From an uncultured Ectothiorhodospiraceae bacterium (GTDB lineage Bacteria; Pseudomonadota; Gammaproteobacteria; CAYFWJ01), in NCBI GenBank assembly GCA_964346755.1, contig CAYFWJ010000001.1, positions 12,046-76,045 of the forward strand: 64,000 bases of DNA, in the 5' to 3' direction. Of the stretch, positions 1 through 8,851 are shown one piece after another; the stretch's first letter is position 1, and every line of letters begins with the position of its first letter. The notes beneath the pieces were generated by a model that saw only the letters and a list, made by a program, of their open reading frames with translations, made no database searches and was not told where the DNA came from. A program made the translations under genes and the position numbers.

Positions 1-93
1 GACAGGACCGGTTCGGGCTCCGCAGTCGCCGGGACGGCGGCGGCGTTCGAGGTCGCAGGCGTACGGCTGAAACGAGGACGTTGCACGAGGATC

Positions 94-387
94 TTACCGA
101 TGTTCGGTACGCTTTTCTCGGTGACGCCGGACTTGCCGGTCCAGCTTGTCTGCCAATTCATCCACCGCGGCATACATATCGCTATTTTCCGCATGTACAA
201 AGGCATTGCCGCCCCGCAGGCTCGCATTGGCCTCGGCACGCCGGCGGTTGCCGTCGACGATCAGGGTGACCTCCACCCGTTGGAGGTCGCTGTTGTGTCG
301 TTCGATGCGGTCCATGCGTCGATGCACATGATCGCGGAGGGCGTCGGTGATGTCGATATGTTGGCCACTCACTGTGAGCTGCATCAA
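94..387 (-). CDS. hpf: Ribosome hibernation promoting factor (sigma-54 modulation protein, short HPF/YfiA form)
   Basis: 97-aa product (MMQLTVSGQHIDITDALRDHV...VEVTLIVDGNRRRAEA) matches the HPF/RaiA fold family; lies immediately downstream of rpoN as in most proteobacteria. Confidence 0.8.
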   Translation of the reverse strand: MMQLTVSGQHIDITDALRDHVHRRMDRIERHNSDLQRVEVTLIVDGNRRRAEANASLRGGNAFVHAENSDMYAAVDELADKLDRQVRRHREKRTEHR

Positions 388-479
388 AACCTCACACGGT
401 GTCGCTGATTAAACCGGAATCGTATGGCATACGAGCGTGGCGCCCGCCTCGGTCCGGCTTCGCCGGATGGTTGACAGAG

Positions 480-1979
480 TCAAAATAATCGTTTGCGTTC
501 GGTCGATGAAGGGATCAAGAGGGCTTCCCGGTATTTGGCGACGGTCCGTCGGGCCACGCGTATGCCCCGTTCTAACAACAGTTGGGCGATACGGCTGTCG
601 CTCAAGGGCTTGTGGGGGTTCTCGTCGGCGACCATCTTTTTGATCATGGCTCGAATGGCCGTGGAGGAGCAACCATCGCCCCGCTCGGTGTTGAGCTGAC
701 TCGAGAAGAAGTACTTGAGCTCGAATAGCCCCCGCGGCGTTTGCATGTACTTGTGATTCGTTACCCGCGAGATCGTCGATTCGTGCATGTCGATCAGATC
801 GGCGATATCGCGTAGAACCAACGGCTTCATGGCCTCTTCGCCATACTCTAGGAACCCGACCTGCTGTTCGACGATCGTGCGAGCCACCTTGAGTAGGGTC
901 TCGTTGCGACTCTGCAGGCTCTTGATCAACCAGCGGGCCTCTTGCAAGCGACCGCGGAAGTACTGCTCGTCGGAGCTGCTCAGACGCTGGTTGAGCATAT
1001 CGGCGTAGAAGCCGTTGATCCGTAGTCGCGGTAGGGCCTCCGGATTGAGTTCCACGCGCCAGCGGTCATGCACGCGGTGAACCACGACGTCCGGTGTCAC
1101 GTATTCCCCGGCCGCCTCTTCGAGCTCGAGATTGGGTTGCGGCTTGAGGCCTCGGATCAGGTTCAAGGCCGCGAGGACGGCCTCGTGATCCACGCCGTGA
1201 CGCTTGGCGATGGCCTCGGCGTTCCAGTCCGCGAGGGATTGGAGTCCTTCCGCGAGCAATCGCTGCGCTAGCTCCCGCGCCGCTGAGCCATCGTCGACTT
1301 GTTGCTCCAATTGCACCCGCAGGCATTCGTCCAGATTGCGTGCCCCGACCGCCACGGGCTCCAGGCGCTGAACCCAGCTCAGCACCGCCTCCATATCCTC
1401 CATCTCGATGTTGAGGCCATCGAGGCCCTCGCGGAGATCCTCCAGGGTGGTGACCAGGTAGCCCCGGTCGTCGAGGGCATCGATGATGGCCTCGGCGATG
1501 CGTCGGTCGCTCGGCGTCAAGTGGGCCAGATTCAGTTGCCAGGCCAACCGCTCACGCAACCGATCTGGGGCGGAGCGTCGGGCCTCCCAGGGGGTCTGGC
1601 CGTCGTCATCGGCGGCTTCGCCGTCGTAACCCCCACCGTGTTGGTAGATATCATCCCAGGCCGCATCCACCGGGAGGTCGTCCGGTAGGGCCTCATCCGC
1701 CGCGGCCGAGGACTCCGCGGGGGGTTCGACCTCGCTCGATGAGGCCTCGCGCTCACCCCCCGACTCCGCGCTCGATTCCCACTCCGAACCCGCCTCGGCG
1801 TCGGTCTCGGCGTCGGCTGCGGCATCCATCTCCAGAAGGGGGTTGGACTCAACTGCGGTGGTGATCTCTTGTTGCAACTCCACTGTCGATAGCTGCAACA
1901 GCCGGATGGCCTGCTGCAGTTGCGGGGTCATGGTGAGTTGCTGCGTGTTGCGCAGTTGAAGTGATGGTTTGACAGCCAT
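480..1979 (-). CDS. rpoN: RNA polymerase sigma-54 factor
   Basis: 499 aa; N-terminal Gln/Leu-rich region (LQLRNTQQLTMTPQLQQAIRLLQLS), acidic region, and C-terminal RpoN box (ARRTVAKYRE); conserved lptB-rpoN-hpf context. Confidence 0.92.
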   Translation of the reverse strand: MAVKPSLQLRNTQQLTMTPQLQQAIRLLQLSTVELQQEITTAVESNPLLEMDAAADAETDAEAGSEWESSAESGGEREASSSEVEPPAESSAAADEALPDDLPVDAAWDDIYQHGGGYDGEAADDDGQTPWEARRSAPDRLRERLAWQLNLAHLTPSDRRIAEAIIDALDDRGYLVTTLEDLREGLDGLNIEMEDMEAVLSWVQRLEPVAVGARNLDECLRVQLEQQVDDGSAARELAQRLLAEGLQSLADWNAEAIAKRHGVDHEAVLAALNLIRGLKPQPNLELEEAAGEYVTPDVVVHRVHDRWRVELNPEALPRLRINGFYADMLNQRLSSSDEQYFRGRLQEARWLIKSLQSRNETLLKVARTIVEQQVGFLEYGEEAMKPLVLRDIADLIDMHESTISRVTNHKYMQTPRGLFELKYFFSSQLNTERGDGCSSTAIRAMIKKMVADENPHKPLSDSRIAQLLLERGIRVARRTVAKYREALLIPSSTERKRLF

Positions 1980-2088
1980 GGATGCGTGGTTATCCGGAGC
2001 TCGCTCGTTCGGTGGTCGACGATCTGGGAGTTGATTCTACACGATTACGCCCAGCCGCATGGGCCCGTGCGAAGAGGTGCTCGCCGCC

Positions 2089-2883
2089 TCATAGCCGAAA
2101 GTGTTCCCCGAGGTAGACGGCTCGCACCTGGGGATCGGACAAGATGTCGGCCGGCTCCCCCTGGGCGAATACCCGCCCCTCGTGGATGATATAGGCGCGA
2201 TCGCAGATACCCAAGGTCTCGCGCACGTTGTGATCGGTGATCAGCACCCCGATGTGGCGGTCCCGCAGGTGTTGAACGATGCGCTGGATGTCCGCTACCG
2301 AGATGGGATCCACCCCAGCGAACGGCTCGTCGAGCAGCATGATCCGGGGCTCGCTCGCGAGGGCCCGGGCGATCTCGACCCGCCGACGCTCCCCACCCGA
2401 GAGGCTGATACCGGGTGTCTCCCGGACGGCGTCGAGTTGCAGCTCATCGATGAGGGCCTCGCGCGCCTGTCGTTGAGCGTGCGCATCGAGATCTGGCCGG
2501 AACTCCAGGATGGCCGCGATGTTCTCCGCAACCGTGAGGTGGCGGAACACCGAGGGTTCCTGGGGTAGATAACCGAGGCCGAGCCGAGCCCGCCGATGCA
2601 CCGGTAATCGCGTAATCGCCCGGCGGCCGAGGAATAACTGCCCGCGCTCACACGGCAAGAGGCCCACCATCATGTAGAAGCAGGTCGTTTTACCGGCCCC
2701 ATTCGGCCCCAGAAGGCCGACGACCTCGCCCCCCGCGACGGTCAACGAGACATCATTCACGACCCGCCGTTTGCGAAAGGTCTTGCCGAGGTGCTTGGCG
2801 ACCAGGGCGGTCTCGGATCCGGCGGCTCCGGTGGGCCACCCGCTTGAGCGTTGCCCGTTCCCGCGGGGCAACCGGCCGATCAT
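2089..2883 (-). CDS. lptB: LPS export ABC transporter ATP-binding protein LptB
   Basis: Walker [13 protein letters not shown] signature [15 protein letters not shown], Walker [11 protein letters not shown]; aligns with E. coli LptB from ETALVAKHL. Track ORF is N-extended; first in-frame ATG is at 2883, overlapping the lptA stop (ATGA). Confidence 0.85.
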   Translation of the reverse strand: MIGRLPRGNGQRSSGWPTGAAGSETALVAKHLGKTFRKRRVVNDVSLTVAGGEVVGLLGPNGAGKTTCFYMMVGLLPCERGQLFLGRRAITRLPVHRRARLGLGYLPQEPSVFRHLTVAENIAAILEFRPDLDAHAQRQAREALIDELQLDAVRETPGISLSGGERRRVEIARALASEPRIMLLDEPFAGVDPISVADIQRIVQHLRDRHIGVLITDHNVRETLGICDRAYIIHEGRVFAQGEPADILSDPQVRAVYLGEHFRL

Positions 2884-3425
2884 GGGGTCTCCTTGGGCAG
2901 AGTTGCCGGATCCAGTCGCATCCGCACGCGCTCGCCGGTTTCGCCGCCGTCCGCCTCGATCTCGTCGGCGGCGATCCGATAACGGATCCGTTCCGCCTCG
3001 AAGCGGGTGTTTCCGCGCCGCAACCGGGCTTGGCCGCGGAGGGTGACGACTTCGGTCCGGGGGTCGTATTCCACACGCTGCGCCTGCGCGTGGAGGGCGG
3101 GTTCCTCCGCTGTCGCCGCACGGCGCATCCGAACGGGTTGCCCGATGGCCTGGATTTGCGTGACCTCCTCCTGAACCATGCGGACGCTGACCTCCGCGGC
3201 CTCCAGCGACAAACGTCCCCGCTGCAGGCGGACCGAACCGAGGTATTCGACCCGACCGGCCGGTCGATCGAGACGCAGCCGGTCGGCTTGGATCTCGAGG
3301 GGCGCATCGGCGGGGTCCGATTCGCCCCAGCTCGGCGCCGACCCGAGCAGCGTCAGGACGATACCGATCCAAACCCCCGTTCTGAAGCGCCGGCGTGTCG
3401 GGGCGTCACGTCTCGATTGGTTCAT
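2880..3425 (-). CDS. lptA: LPS transport periplasmic protein LptA (OstA-like)
   Basis: 181 aa from the internal ATG ([34 protein letters not shown] signal peptide) followed by an OstA-type beta-jellyroll region; position between lptC and lptB. Confidence 0.75.
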   Translation of the reverse strand: MNQSRRDAPTRRRFRTGVWIGIVLTLLGSAPSWGESDPADAPLEIQADRLRLDRPAGRVEYLGSVRLQRGRLSLEAAEVSVRMVQEEVTQIQAIGQPVRMRRAATAEEPALHAQAQRVEYDPRTEVVTLRGQARLRRGNTRFEAERIRYRIAADEIEADGGETGERVRMRLDPATLPKETP

Positions 3426-3472
3426 GAGTCCCCCGTGGCAGACGCCCGATGGGGATGGAGCGCTCGCGCCAC

Positions 3473-4072
3473 TCATCGGTTGCCCTCCGCGGCGGGCGGT
3501 GTCTCCTCGCGTTGCCTGGGGCGATCGAGACGATAGACACCGCGCACGTCCGCGAGCTGTTCGAATTCGCCCCGGGACAGGTCGGCCCGGAGGCCTCGGG
3601 AACGGCTCTGCCACCGCGAGCCGCTCAGGGTGACGGACGCCTGGGTCACGGCCTGCTCTTGTTTGGGAAACACGAGCAAGTACGGGGTCTCCAGCCGCAA
3701 CGGTTCCCCGCCTGCCCGTCCGGTTATGACGACATCGCCGGAAAGTTGGAGTCGTTCGTCCATCCCGTAGAGGACTCCATGCGCGGCGCTCAGCGTGTAG
3801 CGCGCTTGGCCGTCGGCGATGAAGCGTCCCTGGAATCCCTCCAGTTCGCTTCGGTGGGTGTCCACGTCGTGCAGAAGGCGTTCGGCCTCGAGCCGAAAGA
3901 CCGCCCCACGCGTGGTTTCGAAGGCTGCGAGACGCGCCCCGGATAAGATGTAATCCGGGCCCGGGGGGGCGTCGGTGCGGGTCGGGGGTTCCGGGGGCAC
4001 GAGGTAATGTCTGAGCCACCAGGTCACCAAGCCCAGGGCCAATAAGCCGAGCAATCCGAGTCGATCGCGCAT
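3473..4072 (-). CDS. lptC: LPS export system protein LptC
   Basis: About 199 aa from the internal start MRDRLGLLGLLALGLVTWWL (single N-terminal TM anchor) plus a periplasmic domain; synteny kdsC-lptC-lptA-lptB. Start is uncertain; the track start is 4126. Confidence 0.6.
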   Translation of the reverse strand: MRDRLGLLGLLALGLVTWWLRHYLVPPEPPTRTDAPPGPDYILSGARLAAFETTRGAVFRLEAERLLHDVDTHRSELEGFQGRFIADGQARYTLSAAHGVLYGMDERLQLSGDVVITGRAGGEPLRLETPYLLVFPKQEQAVTQASVTLSGSRWQSRSRGLRADLSRGEFEQLADVRGVYRLDRPRQREETPPAAEGNR

Positions 4073-4076
4073 CGTC

Positions 4077-4616
4077 TCATCCGAGGTAGGGGGCGAGGAC
4101 CGAGTCGAGCTTCCCTTGGGCCGCAAGGATCAGCTCACAGACCTCGCGTACTGCGCCTTGTCCCCCGCCGTAGACGGTCTGCCAGTGGGCGTAGCGCGTG
4201 GCCACCGGGTGCGCGTCCGCCACGGTGATGGCCAAACCGACGCGCTTGAGTACAGGGACGTCCACGAGGTCGTCGCCCACATAGGCGATGGATTCCGGGC
4301 TCAGTCCGGTCGTCTCCAGGAGGCATTCGTAGGCGGGCCCTTTGTTGCGCTGTCCCTGATAGACGTGGTCGATTTCGAGATCCCGCATCCGGTGGGCGAC
4401 CACGCTGGAACGCCGCCCGGTGATCACCGCCCGTTCGATCCCGCCCTCGGCCAACAGGCGCAGCCCAAATCCGTCCCGTGCATGAAAGGCCTTGTATTCT
4501 TCGCCGCTGTCGGCCAGGTAGAGGGTCCCATCGGTCAGCACCCCGTCCACATCGAAGGCTACGAGCCGGATCGGCTGGGCTCGGGCGACGACGGCGGGAT
4601 CCAGATGACCGATCAT
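4077..4616 (-). CDS. kdsC: 3-deoxy-D-manno-octulosonate 8-phosphate phosphatase (HAD family)
   Basis: 179 aa with HAD motif I FDVDGVLTDG and KdsC-type motifs (GDDLVDVPV); conserved kdsD-kdsC order. Confidence 0.85.
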   Translation of the reverse strand: MIGHLDPAVVARAQPIRLVAFDVDGVLTDGTLYLADSGEEYKAFHARDGFGLRLLAEGGIERAVITGRRSSVVAHRMRDLEIDHVYQGQRNKGPAYECLLETTGLSPESIAYVGDDLVDVPVLKRVGLAITVADAHPVATRYAHWQTVYGGGQGAVREVCELILAAQGKLDSVLAPYLG

Positions 4617-4656
4617 CGCCGTTGACTCCGCATCGTCTGTGAACGTGGGCCCTGCA

Positions 4657-5673
4657 TTAGACCACTCGCGCGCGCAGCAGATCGTGCATGTTCAAGGCCC
4701 CGATCAGGCGGTTCGATGCATCCACAACCAGCAGCGCGTTGATGGCGTGGGTCTCCATGCGCTCGACGGCTTCCGCGGCTAGGCGCTCGGGCTCGATGGT
4801 GTGGCAGTCGGGTGTCATCACCGCACGGATCGGCGTCTGGTGGATATCGAGGGATCGATCCAGGGTCCGCCGCAGATCGCCATCGGTGTAGATGCCGGCC
4901 ACCGTCTCGTCGGGTTCCACCACGGCGGTCATGCCGAGCCCGGTGCGGGTCATCTCCACCAGGGCCGCGCTGATGGTCGCATCCGGGGTGACCCGCGGGA
5001 TCTGCGGATCCCGATGCATGATGTCTTCGACATGGAGCAACAACCGCCGGCCGAGCGCGCCACTCGGATGGGACCGCGCAAAGTCCTCGCGGGTAAACCC
5101 GCGGGCCTGGAGCAATGCCACCGCCAGGGCATCGCCCATGACCAGCGTCGCGGTCGTGCTGGCCGTCGGCGCGAGTCCGAGGGGACAGGCCTCGACGGCT
5201 ACGCCAACATCCAGGTGCACGGTGGCTTCGCGGGCGAGTCGCGATTGCGGCTGACCGGTCAAGGCGATCACCGGGACGTGGAGGCGCCGGACCCGCGGGA
5301 GAATGGTCAATAGCTCGTCGGTCTCGCCGGAGTAGGAGAGGGCGATGAGCGTGTCCTCAGCGACGATCATCCCGAGATCGCCGTGGCTCGCCTCACCCGG
5401 GTGGACAAAGAAGGCCGGGGTCCCGGTGCTGGCCAGGGTTGCGGCGATCTTGCCGCCGATGTGGCCGGATTTGCCCATGCCGGTGACCACGACGCGACCA
5501 CGACAGCCGAGGATGAGCCGGCAGGCCTGGGCAAAGGCGGGGTCCAGGTGGTGCAGTAGCCGCTCCATGGCATCCCGTTCGGTCTCGATCACGGCTCGAC
5601 CGAGGGCGAGGAGGGCTTGATCCGTGGTCGGATCGAGGGGCGGTTGTGGGGTCGCGGCGGCGGAGTCGTTCAT
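4657..5673 (-). CDS. kdsD: Arabinose-5-phosphate isomerase (SIS + tandem CBS domains)
   Basis: 338 aa; SIS motif VVVTGMGKSGHIGGKIAATLASTGTPAFFVHPGEASHGDLGMI and C-terminal CBS pair; E. coli KdsD-like length. Confidence 0.85.
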   Translation of the reverse strand: MNDSAAATPQPPLDPTTDQALLALGRAVIETERDAMERLLHHLDPAFAQACRLILGCRGRVVVTGMGKSGHIGGKIAATLASTGTPAFFVHPGEASHGDLGMIVAEDTLIALSYSGETDELLTILPRVRRLHVPVIALTGQPQSRLAREATVHLDVGVAVEACPLGLAPTASTTATLVMGDALAVALLQARGFTREDFARSHPSGALGRRLLLHVEDIMHRDPQIPRVTPDATISAALVEMTRTGLGMTAVVEPDETVAGIYTDGDLRRTLDRSLDIHQTPIRAVMTPDCHTIEPERLAAEAVERMETHAINALLVVDASNRLIGALNMHDLLRARVV

Positions 5674-6632
5674 GCAGGATCCGAATCAGTCAGACGACGG
5701 ATGCATTCTCGCGTGTCGCGCCGTGGCTGCCAACCCAGGGCTTGCTCGGCCCGGGTTCGATCGACGACGAGGGAGTCGCGCAGACCGCGGGTCCAGCCGG
5801 GGTCGCCGGCGCCCGGGTGCAACCACCAAGCCAGGGGATGCAGGCGTTGGATGAGCCCGGCGGGGATGGGGCGGGGGCGTGGATGGCCCCAATGGGCGAG
5901 TTCCCGCAAGGTGAACGGCGGATCGGCGGCCAGGTTGAAGGCGCCCGAGACCTCGGGGTGTTTGAGGGCGAGCCCAATGGCCTCGACCACGTCGTCCTCG
6001 TCGACACACTGGAACCGCGGGGCCGGGTCGGCCGATGCCGGATACCAGCCTGCCGTGGCCAGCCCCCGGAGGAGCGGATGGGCTCGGGGGCCGAGGATGG
6101 CATGGGGCCGCAGGCGCACGACAGAGGCCTCCGGGTGATCGGCCGAGAAGGCTGCGAGCCACCCTTCCACGGCGGCCTTGTCCTCGGCGTAGCCGAATCC
6201 CGGCCGGGGGCGCAAAGGGGTCGTCTCGGTGACCGGTTGAGGGGTATCCGGCCAGGGGCCGTACACGGCCGCACTGGACACGAAGAGGTAGCGGGAGACG
6301 CCGGCATCCCAGGCGGCTTCGATGAGTCGGCGCGTGCCGTCGACGTTGATCCGGCGAACCAGTTGTCGGTCGTGGCGACGCCATCCGAGGCCGCCGCCCA
6401 TGAGGACGAAGGCCAGATGCACCAAGGCCTCGTGACCGAGCAGTGGCTCCGGCGGAAGCGGCTCCCGGAGGTCGTGGCGGATCCAACGCAGGCCGTTCAG
6501 TCCGCGGATCTCGTCGGGTGGGGGGCGCCGGTCGATTCCCGTGATCCCGGTTATTTCCGGTTCCGCGGCCAGACGATGAAGCAAGGGCGCGGCTAGCCGC
6601 CCCGCCGCGCCCGTTACACAAACGCGCATCAC
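5670..6632 (-). CDS. NAD-dependent epimerase/dehydratase family protein (SDR fold)
   Basis: N-terminal Rossmann motif VCVTGAAGRLAAPL; about 320 aa; 4-nt overlap with the kdsD start suggests co-transcription. Substrate unknown. Confidence 0.6.
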   Translation of the reverse strand: MMRVCVTGAAGRLAAPLLHRLAAEPEITGITGIDRRPPPDEIRGLNGLRWIRHDLREPLPPEPLLGHEALVHLAFVLMGGGLGWRRHDRQLVRRINVDGTRRLIEAAWDAGVSRYLFVSSAAVYGPWPDTPQPVTETTPLRPRPGFGYAEDKAAVEGWLAAFSADHPEASVVRLRPHAILGPRAHPLLRGLATAGWYPASADPAPRFQCVDEDDVVEAIGLALKHPEVSGAFNLAADPPFTLRELAHWGHPRPRPIPAGLIQRLHPLAWWLHPGAGDPGWTRGLRDSLVVDRTRAEQALGWQPRRDTRECIRRLTDSDPA

Positions 6633-6656
6633 GATCTCGGCAATCGGACCGACACG

Positions 6657-7640
6657 CTAGGACGGGACCTGGGTTGCCACGCCCTGCGCCCATCGTTCGA
6701 TGGCCGCCGTCTCATCGCCCTCGGTCAGACCCCCGGTGGCGTAGACGGGGACGGGCAGGGGTTCCGTAAGGGCGGCAAACCCGCGCCATCCGAGGGGGCG
6801 CGCGTTGGGCTCGAAATCTGGGTCTTCGGATCCACCGGCCCGAACCGGGCCGAGCACGATGAAGTCGACGTCGAGCGCCAGTGCCTGTCGGAGCTCCCCG
6901 CCGTTCCGGCAGGTGGCCGCGACCCAGTGATCGCGGTCCAAGGGCCGTTGGGTCAGTTCGCTGAGTTGCGCCGGTGTGAGCTGGATGCCGTCAAAAGGCA
7001 TCGCCGTCACCCAATCGATCGGTCCTTCGGCGAGGACGCCCGTGCCATGCTCGTGGGAGGCGGCCAGGAGGCGCTCGGCCCGTTGCCGGTAGCCGAGGGG
7101 GTCGCTCGTCGGCGCGGGCCGCACGCCGAGTAGCCCCGGGCCGGAGCTGGGGGGCTTGACGGCCGAGGCCGCGTCGATGGACCGCGCCGGGTCGAGCATC
7201 AAGCGACGGTAACAGCGCGGCAAACGCAGCGCGTTGAGGATCGGGCCGTTGGCCGGGAGGAAGGTGTAGCGAGCCAGGTCCGAAGGCGCGGCCCACGCCA
7301 GGGTCTGACCCTCCTGGGGCATCGGTTCTCCCTCGAAATCGAAGGCCTCGTGGATCTCCAGGAGCCGGGCGTCGTCTCGGGTCGAACCGGGCCGGGGAAA
7401 CCGAATCAGCGGGCGGGTCGCCCGAGGCGCCACGCCGAGTTCCTCGCGAGACTCCCGGGCGAGGGCCGTGGCGCTCGATTCCCCCGGCTCCACCTTGCCC
7501 CCCGGAAGTTCCCAGTAACCCGCATAGGGCCGGCCCGCCGGTCGGCATGCAATGAGCACCGCCCCGTGGCAGTCGCGCCCCGCCACCGCGACCACACGGA
7601 CCACGGCGGATGGGCGAGCCGTGGCGAGCTGGCCGCTCAT
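6657..7640 (-). CDS. Bifunctional Nudix hydrolase (MutT-like) / thiamine-phosphate synthase-like (ThiE-fold) protein
   Basis: N-terminal Nudix box [24 protein letters not shown]; C-terminal ThiE-like TIM-barrel segment (VDFIVLGPV...VPVYATGGL); sits in the mutT position downstream of secA-argJ, as in the Pseudomonas PA4400-type fusion. Confidence 0.7.
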   Translation of the reverse strand: MSGQLATARPSAVVRVVAVAGRDCHGAVLIACRPAGRPYAGYWELPGGKVEPGESSATALARESREELGVAPRATRPLIRFPRPGSTRDDARLLEIHEAFDFEGEPMPQEGQTLAWAAPSDLARYTFLPANGPILNALRLPRCYRRLMLDPARSIDAASAVKPPSSGPGLLGVRPAPTSDPLGYRQRAERLLAASHEHGTGVLAEGPIDWVTAMPFDGIQLTPAQLSELTQRPLDRDHWVAATCRNGGELRQALALDVDFIVLGPVRAGGSEDPDFEPNARPLGWRGFAALTEPLPVPVYATGGLTEGDETAAIERWAQGVATQVPS

Positions 7641-8851
7641 CAGCTCCGGTACTCGGCGTTGATGGTCACGTAGGCATGGGAGAGGTCGCTCGTCCAGACC
7701 CGCTCCACCGCCTCGCCCCGTCCCAGATCGATGGTGATCGTGACCTCGCTCGCCGCCATGACGGCGGTGGCCCGGCCTTCATCGTAGTCGGGATGACGAG
7801 CCCCGTTGGTGACGATCGGTTCCGAGCCGAGATGGATGTCCACGTCCTCGACGACGAGAGCCGGGATGCCGGCACGCCCCACCGCGGCTAGGATCCGGCC
7901 CCAGTTCGGATCGCCGGCAAACAGCGCCGTTTTGACCAGCGGTGATTCGGCGACCGTCCAGGCGACAGCGAGGCAGGTGGCGGTGTCTTCGCCCCCCCGC
8001 ACTTCGACGGTGACGAAGCGTGTGGCCCCTTCGGCGTCGCGGACCAGGTCTTGGGCCAGATCCCGGGCGACGCCCACGACCGCCGCCTCCAGGGTCTCCT
8101 GTTGGGTCGGGCTGAGTTCCTTCGGACCGCGTTGGCCACTCGCGAGCAGCACGACCGCATCGTTCGTGGAGGTATCCCCATCGACGGTGATGCGGTGGAA
8201 GGATTGATCCAGGGCGGTATCCAACAGGGTATTGATCGCCGCCTCGGATAGCTGGGCATCGGTGGCGATAAAGGCGAGCAGGGTCGCCATGTCGGGCCGG
8301 ATCATCCCGGCCCCTTTGGCGATCCCAGTGACGGTCACGATGTCACCGTTGAGCGCCACTCGGCGGGAGCGGCCTTTGAGGCGGGTATCCGTGGTCATGA
8401 TCGCCCGGGCGGCCGCGGCCCAGCCATTCGCCTGTCGAGTCCTGGCGGCCAGGCGGGCCCCAGCAATCAGCCGATCGGTCTCGACGGGCTCGCCGATCAC
8501 CCCCGTCGCGAAGGGCCAGATGCGCTCGGGCGGACAATCGGTCTCGGCGGCCAGTGCCGCGCCGGTCTGGGCGACGGCCGTGTCACCGGCCGCTCCGAGT
8601 CCGGCCAGGGCATTGCCGGCGTGGACCATCAGAAAGCGCGGGGGGCCGACAGCCCGATGACGCTCGACGGCCCGGATGGGCGCCGCCCGGAAGGCGTTCC
8701 GGGTCAGTCGAACCGCGGCCTGCCCGCCCGGATCCAGGGCGATGACGAGGCTATCGTCCCGATCCTGATAGCGGATCCCCGCCGCCGCGGTCCCGAGGGC
8801 GATCCCCGCGACCGGATGCAGCGGAGGGTCGGTATCCGATGGTTCGGCCAC
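7640..8851 (-). CDS. argJ: Bifunctional glutamate N-acetyltransferase / amino-acid acetyltransferase
   Basis: 403 aa; ArgJ family motifs ([16 protein letters not shown], autoproteolytic [11 protein letters not shown] region); secA-argJ synteny. Confidence 0.9.
   Translation of the reverse strand: MAEPSDTDPPLHPVAGIALGTAAAGIRYQDRDDSLVIALDPGGQAAVRLTRNAFRAAPIRAVERHRAVGPPRFLMVHAGNALAGLGAAGDTAVAQTGAALAAETDCPPERIWPFATGVIGEPVETDRLIAGARLAARTRQANGWAAAARAIMTTDTRLKGRSRRVALNGDIVTVTGIAKGAGMIRPDMATLLAFIATDAQLSEAAINTLLDTALDQSFHRITVDGDTSTNDAVVLLASGQRGPKELSPTQQETLEAAVVGVARDLAQDLVRDAEGATRFVTVEVRGGEDTATCLAVAWTVAESPLVKTALFAGDPNWGRILAAVGRAGIPALVVEDVDIHLGSEPIVTNGARHPDYDEGRATAVMAASEVTITIDLGRGEAVERVWTSDLSHAYVTINAEYRS

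Noticed and set aside
1-93. Possible N-terminus of ptsN (expected downstream of hpf) at the window edge
   Set aside because: The only open minus-strand frame (VQRPRFSRTPATSNAAAVP…) does not resemble the PtsN/EIIA-Ntr N-terminus and is too short to judge; left unannotated
5617-6693. Multiple overlapping ORFs (5646..6596+, 5686..6693-, 5690..6307-) around the epimerase gene
   Set aside because: Only the 5670..6632 minus frame has an N-terminal Rossmann GxxGxxG motif and SDR-like composition; the others are alternative-frame artefacts
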